A stretch of 64,000 bases of DNA from Bigelowiella natans CCMP2755 (GCA_000320545.1 ADNK01001130.1:62001-126000), one strand, 5' to 3'; shown: positions 50,234 to 64,000, numbered from the stretch's first letter. Numbers and translations are program-made. The notes: a model not told the origin generated them from the sequence alone.

Positions 50234-50823
50234 ATGATGATGATGGGTCAATACATTCGTAATCGTCATCACTAAAAGAGCTCTCTAAGGCGGTTCAAGC
50301 AGCACGTATGTGTGTACTCGCGGTACTATTTTTTTTCTGGCCGTTTTTCCTCTTCTTCTTCTTCTTGCTCTTCTTCTTCTCTACTCCTTGTTTTTAGCCT
50401 CCTCTCACTCTCACATTGCAATAGGCGTCCCACGCTTGATTGAGGTCAGATTCGTTTGATGAAACTTTGTATCGGTCGAGCCACTCCTTAGCCTCTATCA
50501 GTTCTCTTCCGTAGCGTTGTTGAAACGCCACCTCTCGCATCGTCTGTGGTCCTTTAGCCATCAACTGATGCAAAGGCTCCACAACCTGCAGCATGCCTTC
50601 GATATTGCGTTTGCCGAACCAGAACTTGGAGGCCTCTTCCAGCGCGTCGTGCCACATTTCATGCCATAAGATCGCAACCCGAATCAATTCACTCGATATC
50701 AGCTCAGCCTGTGGTGTTTGATCAGCACGGAGGTGATGTTGGTGGTGATGGTCATTAGCAGGAGGAGAACCAAATGCTATGTAGCATCAGAAACTGTAGA
50801 TGTGCGTGTATACATATGTTTAC

Positions 50824-50864
<41 letters not shown>

Positions 50865-51453
50865 CGTCAGATTGCTCCTCTCCCCTGCTACTACCTGATC
50901 AACTAGCTTCTTCGAGTATTTCCGCATATAGTTCATGACGCCCTCCGCAGCCTTTCTCCTGGCAGCAATTTGCGACTTTGAAGCGACGGTGAGGGGATAG
51001 ATGAGCGCCTGAGGATGTTCTTTACCGATCTTTCGTAGCAACTGCTCGACGAGCTTCCGGACACCTGGATCTACCGTGTAAATGCGAGCGATTATCTGTG
51101 GAATGACCGTCAGCCATGTATGGATAGACGTTGTGTTGAAGCCCCGTGACAAAGCTGCATTGACCTTTCATATAGTGTGTAGAGCAGTCAGGGCAAAACC
51201 AACGAAATTTAAAAAAAAGAAGCGTGACAACTCCACCGGGTTGTGCTGGGTTCTTAGTTTTTTTGCTGTGTTCTTAGTTTTTTAATGTAGTGTGAGATCG
51301 ATGGCGATCGGTTGTGGCGATCGGTTGAGACTTAATTAATGCTGTGATGATAATCATCATCACCACCACCACCACCACCGCCACCACCATTCTCATCATC
51401 ATCATCATCTGCTACGGCAACTGATGAACATGCCTCTATTACTACTGCTCCAT

Positions 51454-51486
<33 letters not shown>

Positions 51487-51810
51487 GCACGCACTCAGAC
51501 ATAATATATACCTGTGGGTGCTCACTACCACCATGACTAAACCATAAAGTAAGCAGCCGTAGCACGTCCTGTAGCGTCGATCGATTGGGTCCAGCCAGAG
51601 CGATGCAGCGGAAGAACCCTTCAATAGCCGCTATTACATGCTGGTATATTTTACGAGAAGATGCTGATGCCGTGGTAGCTGCAGCAGCACCACCACCACC
51701 ATCAGCATCCTCTCCCTTCTTGGAATCTCCTCCCCCCCCCCCTCCTGCTGCTGGTGGAATCCTTTTAGCTTCCGCGTCCAAAAGGGACACCTATCGTCAA
51801 ACAATGAGGC

Positions 51811-51843
<33 letters not shown>

Positions 51844-53897
51844 CATATACAGTTAATTCAGTTTTGTTACCTCCCGTGAAAGCAAAGCACGCACACAGAC
51901 ACACATAGAGAGAGAACGAAATACGAGGAAAAGACGTGATATAATCTGTGTTCCGCTTAATTGTTGGTTGGCCTTCTCGAAAAGATTGATGAATTGATGA
52001 CAACAGTGACTTTGATGGTACGCATCAAGGGAGGAGGTCATCGCATCTTCTTCTTCTTCTTCTTCGTGCCGACTTTGAAAAAAAAGCAGACTTACAAGTC
52101 TAAAATGAACGGAGGCGTACGCATGCCATGCGTCGTAAGAGTCCTTGCAGATCCTCGTAGCGAGGCGATACGCTTGCAGCACACGTTCGAGGTTGCTGGG
52201 AGAATCTCCACCGAGCTTCCGTCGCCATTCACCCAGAGTCAAATAGCACTCCATACGAGTGGTTTGCTGGGCTGCTGAATCGTCAGCAGCAGCTGCTGCT
52301 GCTGGTGATGCACTAGTCGATGCAGCGACGAAGTCTGGATATGATGATGATGATGATGATGATGATAATAATGATGATGATGTTACCGCACCGCGTGGGG
52401 AGCGAGGACTCATTGGAGGGAGAAACACGGGTGTTGATGATGCACTGCCTCCACCGTGATGATGATGATGATATTGCGGCCTCGTGTCCTCTACGAGGGC
52501 TTCCAAACGTTCCAAAGCTTCACAAGAATACCTGATATCGTTGGTGAGATTAACGGTCAATGAGCTGATTGATTGAATGCAGCGAATGCAACGAACAATA
52601 GAACAACGACTCGCTTGGTTGCGTGCGTAGCAGTCGCTGACGAAGAAAAGGGGCGGGTAGAATCGATACGGAGATTGTAAGTATATCTATACTGCTGCTA
52701 TACTACTACTATTACTACTACTACTACAACTACTACTACTACCGGTACTAATACTATAGTGTGTGTGATGAATAACTAACAACCCGGCATCCCAGAGGTG
52801 TACAAGATATGCAAGACATAGCTTCGGATACGCAAACGGCAGCCTCACGCTCCTGGGATCGCTTCTCAGTAGGGCGTAATACCCACCGCTGCGGTCGTAC
52901 TCTGCATGAACCTCATGATGGTAGAGTAGCCGATTAAACTTCTTCTTTTTCTCCTCGTGCAGCTGCTTTCCTAATCTTGCCGCTACAACGGCTGACACTG
53001 CTGCCATCGATGCAGAGGACGATTCTAGCAAGAACGGTGCCAAGGCTTGCAGCGACAGTGCGAGTCGCTGCGATTTGCGTGCCAGGGCCGAAAAGTCCAC
53101 TATCGTGTCAATTTGCTCCTCCGGGTTCAGAACCAGCTTCCGAGCTGCTAAGATATGACGCCAAACCATGATGTTGCGTTGAGTGCCTCCTAGCCTATTC
53201 CGCCATAGTTGCTGGATGTGCACGCGCTCTTCGTCTCTTCGGGCCTTCTTGTAGGCAACAACTTCTTCCAGCTCAGCGAGGACCTGGACCTTGACCATAT
53301 GCCCATAGGCGCGATTGTACGACTCAGCCACGAGAGAACGCAGCTCAGGGAACACGGCTTTCCGTGCGATACTTATCAAGTTTAGTGCAGATTCGTATTC
53401 TTCCCTCTGAATTGCTAAGACGCACTTGAAGATGCACGTGTCCAATGTTCCATCTGGCATGCGCTTTACGTACTTGATCATGCCTTCCCAATCTCGAAGC
53501 TCCCACGCTGCACTCGCCCCAAACTTTGCCACGCTTAACACCTCTTTCTCTGACATCATCATCAAGTTGCTGACCCTTGAGGATGATGGCGTCGAGGGAG
53601 CAGCAGCATGCCAGCCAGTATTATCATCCCCATCATTATCGTCAGGTGGCAGCCGTGTCTTCCAGATATGATCACACATATTTGACATTCTTGACCATAA
53701 CCCAAGAGCGTCTAGACAGCGCATTCTTCCCAGCGTGTGCTTGATACTGGCTTGGTCTCGAAGCTGCAACACCTCGTATTCTTCCAATGCATCTTCCCAT
53801 CTCTGCAGCTTCTCGTACCTAGAGATAGTAGATTTACAACATATTATCATGGTAATGATATCCTGCTGATTCGAAGGAGGGGGACTAGAGAAATGAT

Positions 53898-53928
<31 letters not shown>

Positions 53929-54461
53929 ACACACGCACCATGTTGGTTGCAGCTCCATTCCTGCCATATCCTGTGCGCACTTGAGGATGCCGACTGCAGC
54001 GTCAGGCTGCTGCAGATCGTTGTTGATGCTGATGAGGGACTCAATTGTATCTTGCGGAGCGCTCTTAAATTCAATTTCCTTATAATGAAGTGCCTTAGCA
54101 AAGGCGTGGCATCTCTCCGCCAAACGGCCAAGCGTGGGTTGATCTTTGCTCTCATCTTGTAACAATGGCAATGCCCTTCCCTCTCTCTCCATGAACTCTG
54201 CAAGGTTTAACAGCACTTGGAGGACCTCAGGCGGCGTGGATGGCCTCAGTGCCGTCTCTAAGCTACGAATCAAATCGTCCTTCGATCGATCGCGGAGCTC
54301 ACTCCACACGGAGAGGAAAGCAGCATTGAATAAATCTCGTGCCAATGAGCGATCGCGCTTAGCCAAAGTGACACATGGCCGGAGGGATGTGGAAGGCGAG
54401 AACTCTAGCAGCTTTACCTGTGGTGCGTGAAGAGAGATGGTATTTACGGTGATGGTGATAC

Positions 54462-54494
<33 letters not shown>

Positions 54495-55174
54495 CGGTGA
54501 TGATGATAGATGGTGATGGCAACAACGACATTCAAACTCTCACCACACCCCTCCTCCTTATTTTATCAATCCCCCCTCCTCTTGGAACTACTAGTACTCT
54601 CTGCTTCTTCTTCTTCTTCTACCATGAAGTTGGTCATCCACTGCTGCCAGTCTTCCTTCGATAGCTTGTTTTGGCATTCCCAAGCCTTTGAGAGCGCATT
54701 GACGTCGATGGTAAGCTTCGTTGACCTTTCAAAAATCGTGGGCTTTTCCCGTGCTGCCATCTCCCGGACGATCTTGCGCTCACGGTCCCAACTCAAATGC
54801 TTTTGGCCATTGAAGAGCGACAGAGCTTTGTTCAAATCAAATGTTGTGGGCGTCTCCCCTCTCATGATGATGTCTTTGAGAAGATCGTAGCTATCGACGC
54901 ATGCCGCCAGTCTCGCTTTCTCCTTCTGATCCCTCATCAATTGAGCGTTACGCGTCTGGACTTCTAGTGCTTTGTTGATCAAAGGCACGAAAAGCAGGAA
55001 ATCCACACCAACTTGACGTATGACCGCCAAAAGCATCGCCATCACCTTGTCACGATGGTTCGAGTCCCTTGCTCCTGCCTATAAAACGGAGGTTCAGTGG
55101 AAGAAAGTAGATGGGGGGGGGGGAGACACTTCGTGCTACTGTTACCCTACAACAACAACCTATATTACCAGCAA

Positions 55175-55207
<33 letters not shown>

Positions 55208-58200
55208 GAATAACTAAATATATGTAATTACCAATATGCGAGCTGTAGGATGCACAATACATGAGATGTAGTCCCTGAAGTCTAGATTCGTACACAGCTT
55301 CCCCACCGTTTGTACGGCGGTCTCTCCCACTGACTGAGCAACGTCTTGCGATTCGGCGAGCTTCATCAGGGTGGGGATCACTAAGTGCAGATACTCCTCC
55401 AGATTGCTACCAAATGTCTGCATCGTTTCTAGTATTCGTTGCTCCAAGTGATGATGATGCTTCGATTCGAAGAGATTCCCCTTGAGAAGAAGTTGATGAT
55501 GGGGTTGTGACAAGACAAACACGAGAGGTGAGAATTTATATGCATGGGAGGTAATAATCATCATGCGATCGATCAATTTCACGCTGTATGTAGTTTGGAT
55601 TAGTCAACGAAGTTGTGTGCATGATCACGTGTGATTATTAGACTCGTCATTACCCCTGAGGTAGCAGCAGCATTCGTTGAAGAGGACGATAAGTTACTGC
55701 TATTTGTCATCGTGACCGAAGCTGCTCCGGTGGCAATTGCTACTCCCCCCGCAGCCCCCCCGCCGCCCCCCACCCCGATATTCTTCTTCTTCTTATCATC
55801 TGCCGTCGCAACCAGCAGAGCAGCAGCACCGGAGGGTGCTGGCGGAGGGCTACCATGCAAAGCTCTCAAGAAATGGGGTATGAGGTCCGGCAGGTAAAAC
55901 TTGAATTCCTCTCGCAGCGCCAAAGAGATTGTTTCCACGAGCGCTAAGACTTCGTGTGCCAACGCGCCGTCATACGTTCGAGAGCGTGTCCATCGAGTGT
56001 AGATTACCTCAAATATAGGGTGTAGGTATGGTCGCATGTGCTTGCCCACGATCGATACCAACTCTTGAAGCCGCTCTAATACCTGGTGGTGGTGGTTGGT
56101 GGTGGTGGTGAAGAGGGTGAGATGTCATGCAACAGCAGCAACGAATAGGTAATAACACTTGAGAGCAATAGTATAAGATAGAAGTCATTCAAGCTTCAAC
56201 AAACAACAACAACAAACAACAAACAGCAAACAACAACAACGACACCAAGTTCGTAGTAGAGCAACGACAGCAGCAGCACCTGCTTTTGTAAGGCGATATT
56301 TTGTTCATCAGCCGTATTTCTCAGCACCGCAAGGAGAGTGGGTATTATCCTGGGCAAGAAAACAGCGCATTTGGGACCAAGGGATCGAAACACGTACGTG
56401 GCCGATTTCATCACAGAGTTATGCTGAGAAGAGAGCGTGGGGTCCGCTAGTACGCGCATTAAAGCGTTCATCGCCACTGTAGAGTAGTACTCGTCCAATG
56501 ATCCAACCATGCTGGGAAGGAGGTATCGATCGTCCGTCACACTAAAGATTTAAATAGTACAATTACCAGAGAAAAGAGCCAATCAACACTTTGTGCATTT
56601 TCACACACACACACACACACACAAATTCTGCAACATATCAGCAGGAAGGAACCCAAAAAAACCAACCTATCATCATCATCATCATCACCACCATCACCAT
56701 CATCATTAAATGCACACATCACCATCATACCGAGTTGGGTTGACAGACACCCGGCCAGCCCGCTCGTTGTCATTCCCCCCCCCCGCCTTCGCCGTTCGTG
56801 TACCGCCAGCTGCAGTAGTATTCTTATTCTTGTAGTAGTACATCTTGAGCAGAGCACGATGTGGCCCCATGGTGGTAGCAGACTGTCCTTTCCTATTAGC
56901 AGCCTCAATAGCTGCATCTCGTAGCTTAGCCTCGTTGATCTTGTGCTGGTAGGGGTCTAAGGCGCCCAGTATTCCTAACACCTTGAGAGCCTCCAGCCTC
57001 GCCTCCCACTTCACCTCAGTCGAGAGGATCCTCAATAGGGTGGGGAGGAGCTCGGGATACTGCACGTATGGCAGAATCACATTGCCTGTGGCCCTTATGA
57101 GTTTCCCCAGCGCCTTCAAGACAACCTCCCTTTCTATGCTGTGCGCTTGGCCTCTATTCTTCAGATGTCCTAAAAGAAAGGGTAGCAAATCCGGAAGATA
57201 TGCTCGGAGTTCCAATCCACCTACTTTCTCGAGCTTCCCAAGCGTTTCCACGACGCAAGAAACCACTCTTGGGTCTGCTGTTGCAGCCCCTGCTGTTGTC
57301 GTAGGCCCCATCTTCTTCAGCGAAGGAAGCAGCACTTTTAGAATGGCTGGCAGGTAAGGTTTGGTGAGCATTTCCGAGGATTCAACTAAGTGGCCTAGCA
57401 AACGGCAACTCTGCTCCTGACTCACAGAATCGACGCCATATCTGGAAGAGAACGAGGAGGAGGAGGAGGAAGAGGAGGCAGGAAAGAAAGAAGAAGAAGA
57501 GGGAAGAGGCGAGGCACAGGTGAAGACAAGGCGGACAGACAAACACCACACACCCACACACACACACAGACACACACACACACACACATACACAGACAGA
57601 CAGACACACACAGACACATATTAATGTAATATATATACTTACTGGATCTGCGTGAGCAGGTGGATGAGGCTCTTCCTCAAGGACGGCATTACATATGCGG
57701 GGTTTTTCAGTGCTAAACGGCCAATGACTGATATTGCGGCTGCCCTGATTGGAAAGTTCTCATCGTTGAGCGCCACAAACAGTGCGTGTAGATTTTCTGC
57801 CTGTGCCAAGAAAGCATCGAATCTAGGATGGAGAGCGTTGATCACAGTCTGCCGTATTCGTGGCATTGGATCCGCAACTCCTACGGTCAACAACTGCTCC
57901 AAGACGCGATATATCATAGCTCGATAATGCGTCTTGGCCAAATTAGCTTTGAGGTAGGGATCATTTGGACGCAATAAGAGGTTAGAGCATGCTACTGCTG
58001 CTGCCTCACGCACTGCTACCTTAGGGTGATCCAAGTACCGGATAAGGCACTGACACACAAACCAAAGCAGCCGAATGTTATCGAAATTGAAGGTTCCTAA
58101 TGTGTTTAGCGCGAGCCTCACGACAGCTGGATCTTTGATCTTGCTGTCATGCTGGTGATCGGCAGCGGTGAAAGATGAGGAAGGGGAGGAGGACGAACGA

Positions 58201-60203
58201 AGAATCTTGAGCACATCCGCCATTATGCCAATATCACTTGGAATGAGGTACTGACTAGCAGCGGCAGAAACTGCATCGGCTGAGGCTGCAGAGTTGGTGC
58301 TAAGATAGTTGCTGCTAATACTGCCTCCACTCAACGCTGCACTCGCATTTGCACCCCCCAAAATAGAGGTAGGCAGGGCAGCTGATGGGGTCAATATTTG
58401 AAATATTGCGGCCAGAAGACGTTTTTGGATATCGCTGAGCAGACGCTGATCCTTGACGTGATCAACAAGAGCTGTTAGCGCACGCACAAGCTCAGCCCCA
58501 TGAGGTGCCGTGAGGCCATCGCTCTTTATCATCTTGTCAACCAAGTCTGTGGCATGGGGCCCTAGCAGCGGACCAACAGCTTTCGCTAGTAAAGCGATGC
58601 ACCGTAACGCCTCAGTAGCCACGGTGCTGTGGGATATAGCAGGACTGCTGCGACCTGTGTTGTTATGATAATAATAGAGGGGGAGGGTACAATATCATGA
58701 GAGGAGCAAGAGGAGGAGGGAGGGGGGGGGCTATAAATCTCTCCTGTTTAGGATTTCGAGATGACAGATGACAATATCATCAATCTCACACTATTTTCTA
58801 TAAGGTGTACTACTACCTTTCCTGGTACGCGTGAGTCCTTCGTCCAAAACGGTAATGATAGGTGGCACCATCGGCATGATGTTATGCTTTACTGCGAGGG
58901 CTACACCCCCAAGCGATGAATACGTGACTTGGGGAGATACTGTTTGTAACTTGTGTTCTTGTATTATATGCCTTACGCACGACTCGAGGTATCTGTTATC
59001 ATGGCGATGGTGGTGGTGGTGATGATGATGATGACGATGGTGAAAATATGTGTCTTTGAAGAAGAAGAAGAAAAAGGAAAAAAAAAAAAGAAGAAAGGAG
59101 GATTCCAACGACTGTTGCGACGATACTACTTAATGTATTAGTAGACGCAGCGAGACGTGGCATGCGTGTCTTGTCCTCTATAATACAATCTACCATAATC
59201 ATCATCAATGTACTTCACTACTACCGTTTGGAGAACAGTATAGGGTTGAAATGAGCAAGCTTCGGCATCAGAGTAATGATGGTCTCCTTGAGGAGAGGCA
59301 GCCGTGCGTCCTTGTGTGCGAAGAACAGTTGGCAGATCTCACCATAGACTTTGATGATATAGGTAGGTTGCTGCTTCTTGTCCTGTGACAGCAGCTCTCC
59401 GATTACGAGTATGGCCCCATGAATCACATGATATTGGCCGCTGCTGAGTAACAGTATCATCCCAAACGAATCATACATACAACCACAGCAGACAATAGAA
59501 AGTAGCAGTGCGACAAGGGCGGATAAAGTAGTGGTAGCAACTTGTGGAGAAATACTCTCTCTCTACTCTCATACACGTCTATATTATTGTATGCATGCGC
59601 GGCAGTCCGACCTGCTTTTGGATTGTTGTTGCTGTACTATCTTTTGCTTAGCCGTGCTAAAAAGTTTATGGTACGCTTGAACAGCCCTTTTCCCTCCTAT
59701 GAGGACTAAAACTTGTCTAAGTGCAAGCTTGGACGTCTCCCGTATCTCAGCCTACAACAACAGCAACAACAACAATGGCGGAGAGGTTAAGACAACTCTG
59801 AAGACAGCTCTGAATACTCGAACGAAATGAAGACGAGCAAGAGGGATGGGAAGAAATCACCTTGTAGTCTGTAATGCCCACCCATACACTTTCGAGAAAT
59901 TGAGGGACATATTCATTGAAGAGTGTCGGTGCAGCTTTCGCAAGCTCACGGATTATCTAATATAGTTTTTCATCATCATCCATGAAAAAAAGGTAATTAC
60001 GACTTAAATTATCCACAGATATTGATGAATGTAATCATCCTTAACTCTACTCGATCTCTCTCTCTCTCTCCCCCCCCCCCCCCCCTCTCGCACTCTTTCT
60101 TGTCATCTTTGAAGCTGCTACCAGCATAGCCATGTAGACATTGTACTCGTTTCTGCTAGAACTACTATTGCCGCTCGCAAGCCACTTAAATGCCTGTTTC
60201 ACC

Positions 60204-60245
<42 letters not shown>

Positions 60246-60402
60246 AAGAGGTAGAGAACAGGAAAGGAGGGAAGCAAGTTCCAGCCATGAATCACCCAAT
60301 CTCTTCTTCAACTACCCAATATTGCTCTTGCCCCATTTGCACATGCACACGAATCAATATACTAAAAAACGTCTGGGGACTCCCTACCACCACTACCATT
60401 AT

Positions 60403-60433
<31 letters not shown>

Positions 60434-61202
60434 GCTGCTGCTACTGCTATCTTGTTGCTGCTGTGTGAAATGACAAAACCGATGATATCAACACACCTCT
60501 CGCTCGAAAATATCAGCTGAGGTTGGGTTTGCCTGCACTAATTTGCCCAGAGTTTCCGCAGCGATCTATCAATTGAATAGGAATTAGCATCAAAAGCCAG
60601 AAAGAAGCGTAATCGAGGAAAATCTTGGCAACTCGCTCTTATTTTCTGAGGAAGACACATATGCCATAACAATGCATCTCTCAACACCTCATTGATATTG
60701 TCCGAGACTGAGACTCTGATGTTCGTGCCGTTGTCGATGATCTTTTGAAGATATCGTCCTGATTTTCCACCAACACCATCGTCACAAAAGGTGCGGTCAA
60801 TTTAAATTAACTCCTTTAATTCATTTGATATGAAAAAAATCAGCAAACCTAGTTTCTGTAAGTGCAAATCGTGCTCTGCATAAACAACGTCGACCAAGTT
60901 ACGGATGAGCAGAATGCCGCCCATCCGTTCATTCCGATTGTAGCTCTCACAGAAATCGTGAATATTCTTGCATATCTCCTCCATGTATATATTGAATTCC
61001 TGTGTACGAACAAATTAAGTAAGCATAATCTTCGAGCGAAGGTCTCAGCCGAAACCAATGTGACCTGGCTTGTCCGAATCCTTGCTTCCTTGATTGCATG
61101 AGCCTTGAGGTGCATTGCAGCCAAATGCTGCTGCTTCTGGTCATCGGATCGCAACTTTGTTAGACACTTTTCCAACTCCCAGAACTCTTTCGGAGCGCTC
61201 AT
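46876..61202 (-). CDS. TOR: Target of rapamycin kinase (HEAT, FAT, FRB, PI3K-like kinase, FATC), many microsatellite-filled introns
   Basis: [80 protein letters not shown] (FRB), [58 protein letters not shown]. Confidence 0.98.
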
Positions 61203-61387
61203 TATTAATTACAGAGAACTCCCTTTTTCACACTGAACGTCAACTGAATCTAAAATTATCGTGGGTGGCAAGCAGCTGGCCACCCTCTGGTTTGTTACTC
61301 GCCACGTCTGATGAAAATGTGTATTTGTTATTTAATCTCCAATGGAAAAAGTGCCTGAATATCTTTGATTTCCCACTCTCTCTTCCT

Positions 61388-61429
<42 letters not shown>

Positions 61430-62094
61430 TTCTGCTTCTCATCCCCACCCTCTTCTGCTTGGGGCTAATATGCCATTCAAATATCAACAACCCGTCGCAG
61501 TATTTCTTTTCTTCGTCTCTCTAAATTTTGTCCTCGCACGCACCTGTAGTTAGTTGATGTGCGGATCTCCAGTAACAACCACCCTTGTGACCTAGATACA
61601 GGAGGTGGTTCCTCCTCCCCCCTGGATCTCCTTTCCGTGGTGTGTATCTAGTGGGTAGTGCACAATGTGTATCTCCGTGTCCTCCCTCCCTCTCTTTCTC
61701 CCTCACAGATCAATTCTGATTGTGTGATGTCGTCGGTCGAAAGCAGGAGGAGCAGCGATCTCACGAATGATAAATAATATCTAGCGCGATTCAGACAGAA
61801 TAATATCGAAATAACATCCAACAACCGTCCTCGCAACAAACACAACAACAACAGCAACAATGTTGAGGCACAACAACATCGCAACAACTACCAACAAGCT
61901 GGCAACACAACCTGACACAACATCCGATTTGCAGTGAACGACAGCGCTGATTCCGGATTGCAGGAGTCGGTGAAACAGCAATACGACATGAAATTTAAGT
62001 TGTCGCATGTGGAAATCATGTGGTGAATGGTGTTCGTTTGTTGTTCCTTGAAACTTCAAGGAACAACAGCTGTGAATGAAAGCAATAACCCAAC
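61203..62094. promoter_or_regulatory. Putative bidirectional promoter TOR / ABC-F
   Basis: ~890-bp head-to-head spacer with (CT)n and (CAA)n. Confidence 0.4.
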
Positions 62095-64000
62095 ATGACC
62101 TCGCACGCGAATAAGCGAAGGCAAGCAAAGGATAAAGCCGGTGGTCAGAGGCGTCCAACCAAGCTCCATATCTCCAATATTGTGGGTACCAATACCGTTG
62201 ACCCGGAGAAGAAGGACCGAAAGGAGATAGAGGACAACGTATGTCATGAATATTCCAGAATTCTGTCAGAGAAGCTCATACCTTTCCACCCCCTTTACCT
62301 TACACCTTCTCTTGCTATTTTTACTGCTTATCAGAATACATCTCAAGTATCTGGTGGTGCTTTGGCAAGTTGGCCGTCAGATTCACGATGCACCTACAAT
62401 GGAGACGTCCTCCATTTTCAACTAGGGCTGTCCCTCAGTGGTGGCAGCTTGTTTGAAGCAACGTCCTTCTCGCTGGTTCGTGGAAAAGTCACAGGGCTTG
62501 TTGGTACAAACGGTGCTGGGAAAACATCCCTCGCTAGGTGAAATGTTGCTTTAGCTTCGATCCGATACACAGGTTGTGAAATTGTTGACTACTATCCAGA
62601 GTGATTGTCTCGAAGCAGCTCCCTGGGTTTCCCTCTGACCTCACGATTATATATCTCTCTTCCCACGAAAACCATATATTTTCAGACGAAGTAAGTGAGT
62701 ATTGTATATGTAAGGATGATTAAAACTTCCCTGAGTTTGAGTAACATTCGGAGCATGCAGCTCGAATAAATTACCTTCGGATCAATTGAATATTGGTTAA
62801 AAAAGTGCGAATCAATTGAATATTGGTTAAAAGGGAACTCGTTCATCTCTTTAGGAAGAAGGCAAATTGATACCAGAATCGTATATCCTCAAGATAGTAG
62901 AGAAAAAGCTCGAAAGACTTCAAAATGAAATCGAAACACTAGAAAATTCTCCCGATGAAGACCCAGAGATCGTTGAGGAGAATGCAGTTCGCTTGTCCGA
63001 ACTCTGTGACAAATATGATGAGCTACAAGCTTCATCGAAACATCAGATCAAGCAAACACTAGAGGAGCTTGGATTTGGACCTTATTTACATAGATCGGTG
63101 AGGAATCTTTCCTCTGGATGGAAGTACAAATGTGCTCTTGCTGGGGCCTTTATTGCAAAACCAGATATTTTGGTAATTGATGAGCCCTCCTTCCTCGATG
63201 CTGCTTCTACAAAATGGCTCATAGCCAAATTACAAGAAGCTGAAAAATGAATACGATAATTCTATTTATTTCACACAAAGTCGCCTTGCTTGAAGCTGTC
63301 TGTAGCAGGATTCTATACATAAACTCCGGAAATTTTACCTTGTCATCGTATAACTGCGGCTACAGCAAATTTCGTAACGTTTACATGGCCGAGGTTTCTC
63401 ATGCTGAGCGTGCTTGCAAAGAGTATGAGCGACAGGTATCTACCTCTAAGAAATCACTGAAGAGTATCCAAAATCAGCTGCATCGCCGTGAGCGCAATCT
63501 TAAAAAAATAACTACAAAGAATGCTGACCAACGATTTGTTAAGGGGAAGAGCAAGGAAGCCAAACAGAAATCAGATAGATCAGCCGCCTCGAAGCTCAAA
63601 AAGCTACAGTTACAAAGCTCACAGATGGAAAAGATCCAACAAAAGACCACGCGAGAACAAGTGAAGGCATTACATATCAACGGGGTCGAGGTGAAAGGAG
63701 CACTCGTTACTTTTAAAGACGTTAGCTTTACCTACGAAAATGGTCAGCAGAATATATTTACGGGGCTAGATGCTAAATTGGAAGGTAATGATCGGATTCT
63801 CCTTTGTGGACCGAATGGCCGCGGTAAAAGCACGTTCTTAAAGCTGATGCTCGGGGAACTGGAGGCAACTGAAGGCACTATAATACGTGAAGTTTCCGCT
63901 CTTTACTTTCCTCAGACATCCTTAAGCGATCTAGTGATCTTCCACGGCGATAAGTCAGCAGTTCGCTACTTAGGTAACGATCTAACAGAATCTAAGGCTC
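62095..64000 (+). CDS. ABC-F family ATPase (two NBDs), 3' truncated, with an apparent 1-nt frameshift near 63245
   Basis: GLVGTNGAGKTSLAR, LSSGWKYKCALAGA, ILVIDEP; then in a shifted frame IILFISH and LLCGPNGRGKSTFLK; no TM segments. Confidence 0.85.
62781..62832 (+). repeat. 22-bp direct repeat ATCAATTGAATATTGGTTAAAA x2 in an ABC-F intron
   Basis: Copies at 62781 and 62811. Confidence 0.9.

Noticed and set aside
62781-62832. Direct repeats (also the 16-bp duplication at 4165-4196 and the 24-nt coding duplication near 18273) as CRISPR-like arrays
   Set aside because: Only two copies each, no spacer series, eukaryotic context; simple tandem duplications.
1-64000. tRNA, rRNA, telomeric repeats, transposase/RT ORFs
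   Set aside because: None recognised.

Overview
Eukaryotic nuclear DNA from an intron-rich unicellular alga or protist. Signal-peptide plus transit-like and twin-arginine N-termini suggest a secondary-plastid lineage such as a chlorarachniophyte (inference). I find about 15 apparently intact protein genes, most of them spliced: ABCA transporter (partial), a secreted PT-repeat/Cys-repeat protein, a putative Tat/plastid protein, HUS1, a transmembrane FG-nucleoporin-like protein, a DUF6882-like protein, an EF-hand Na/Ca exchanger-like protein (NCL), a DUF6940-like protein, RPT4, a STE20/MST kinase, exocyst SEC6, a GNAT, a CaaX-ending protein, TOR and an ABC-F (partial). There is also a decayed zone at 10.7-13.4 kb. 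No tRNA, rRNA, CRISPR or recognisable transposase was seen. The main unexplained structure has three parts. (1) The intact genes alternate strand perfectly, giving short head-to-head spacers and tail-to-tail junctions. (2) Every tail-to-tail junction carries a distinct signature: TpA survivors sit mostly in CTAG or CTA/TAG contexts, CTAG is strongly enriched in six of seven junctions, and CATG/TGCA/GCATGC are abundant. (3) A 1.2-kb relic gene-like block is almost free of TpA. Together this looks like a locus-targeted TpA->TpG/CpA hypermutation or DNA-modification system (the reverse direction of fungal RIP) acting at convergent termination zones and dead sequence. Gene ends are hand-derived and approximate; all counts are manual.
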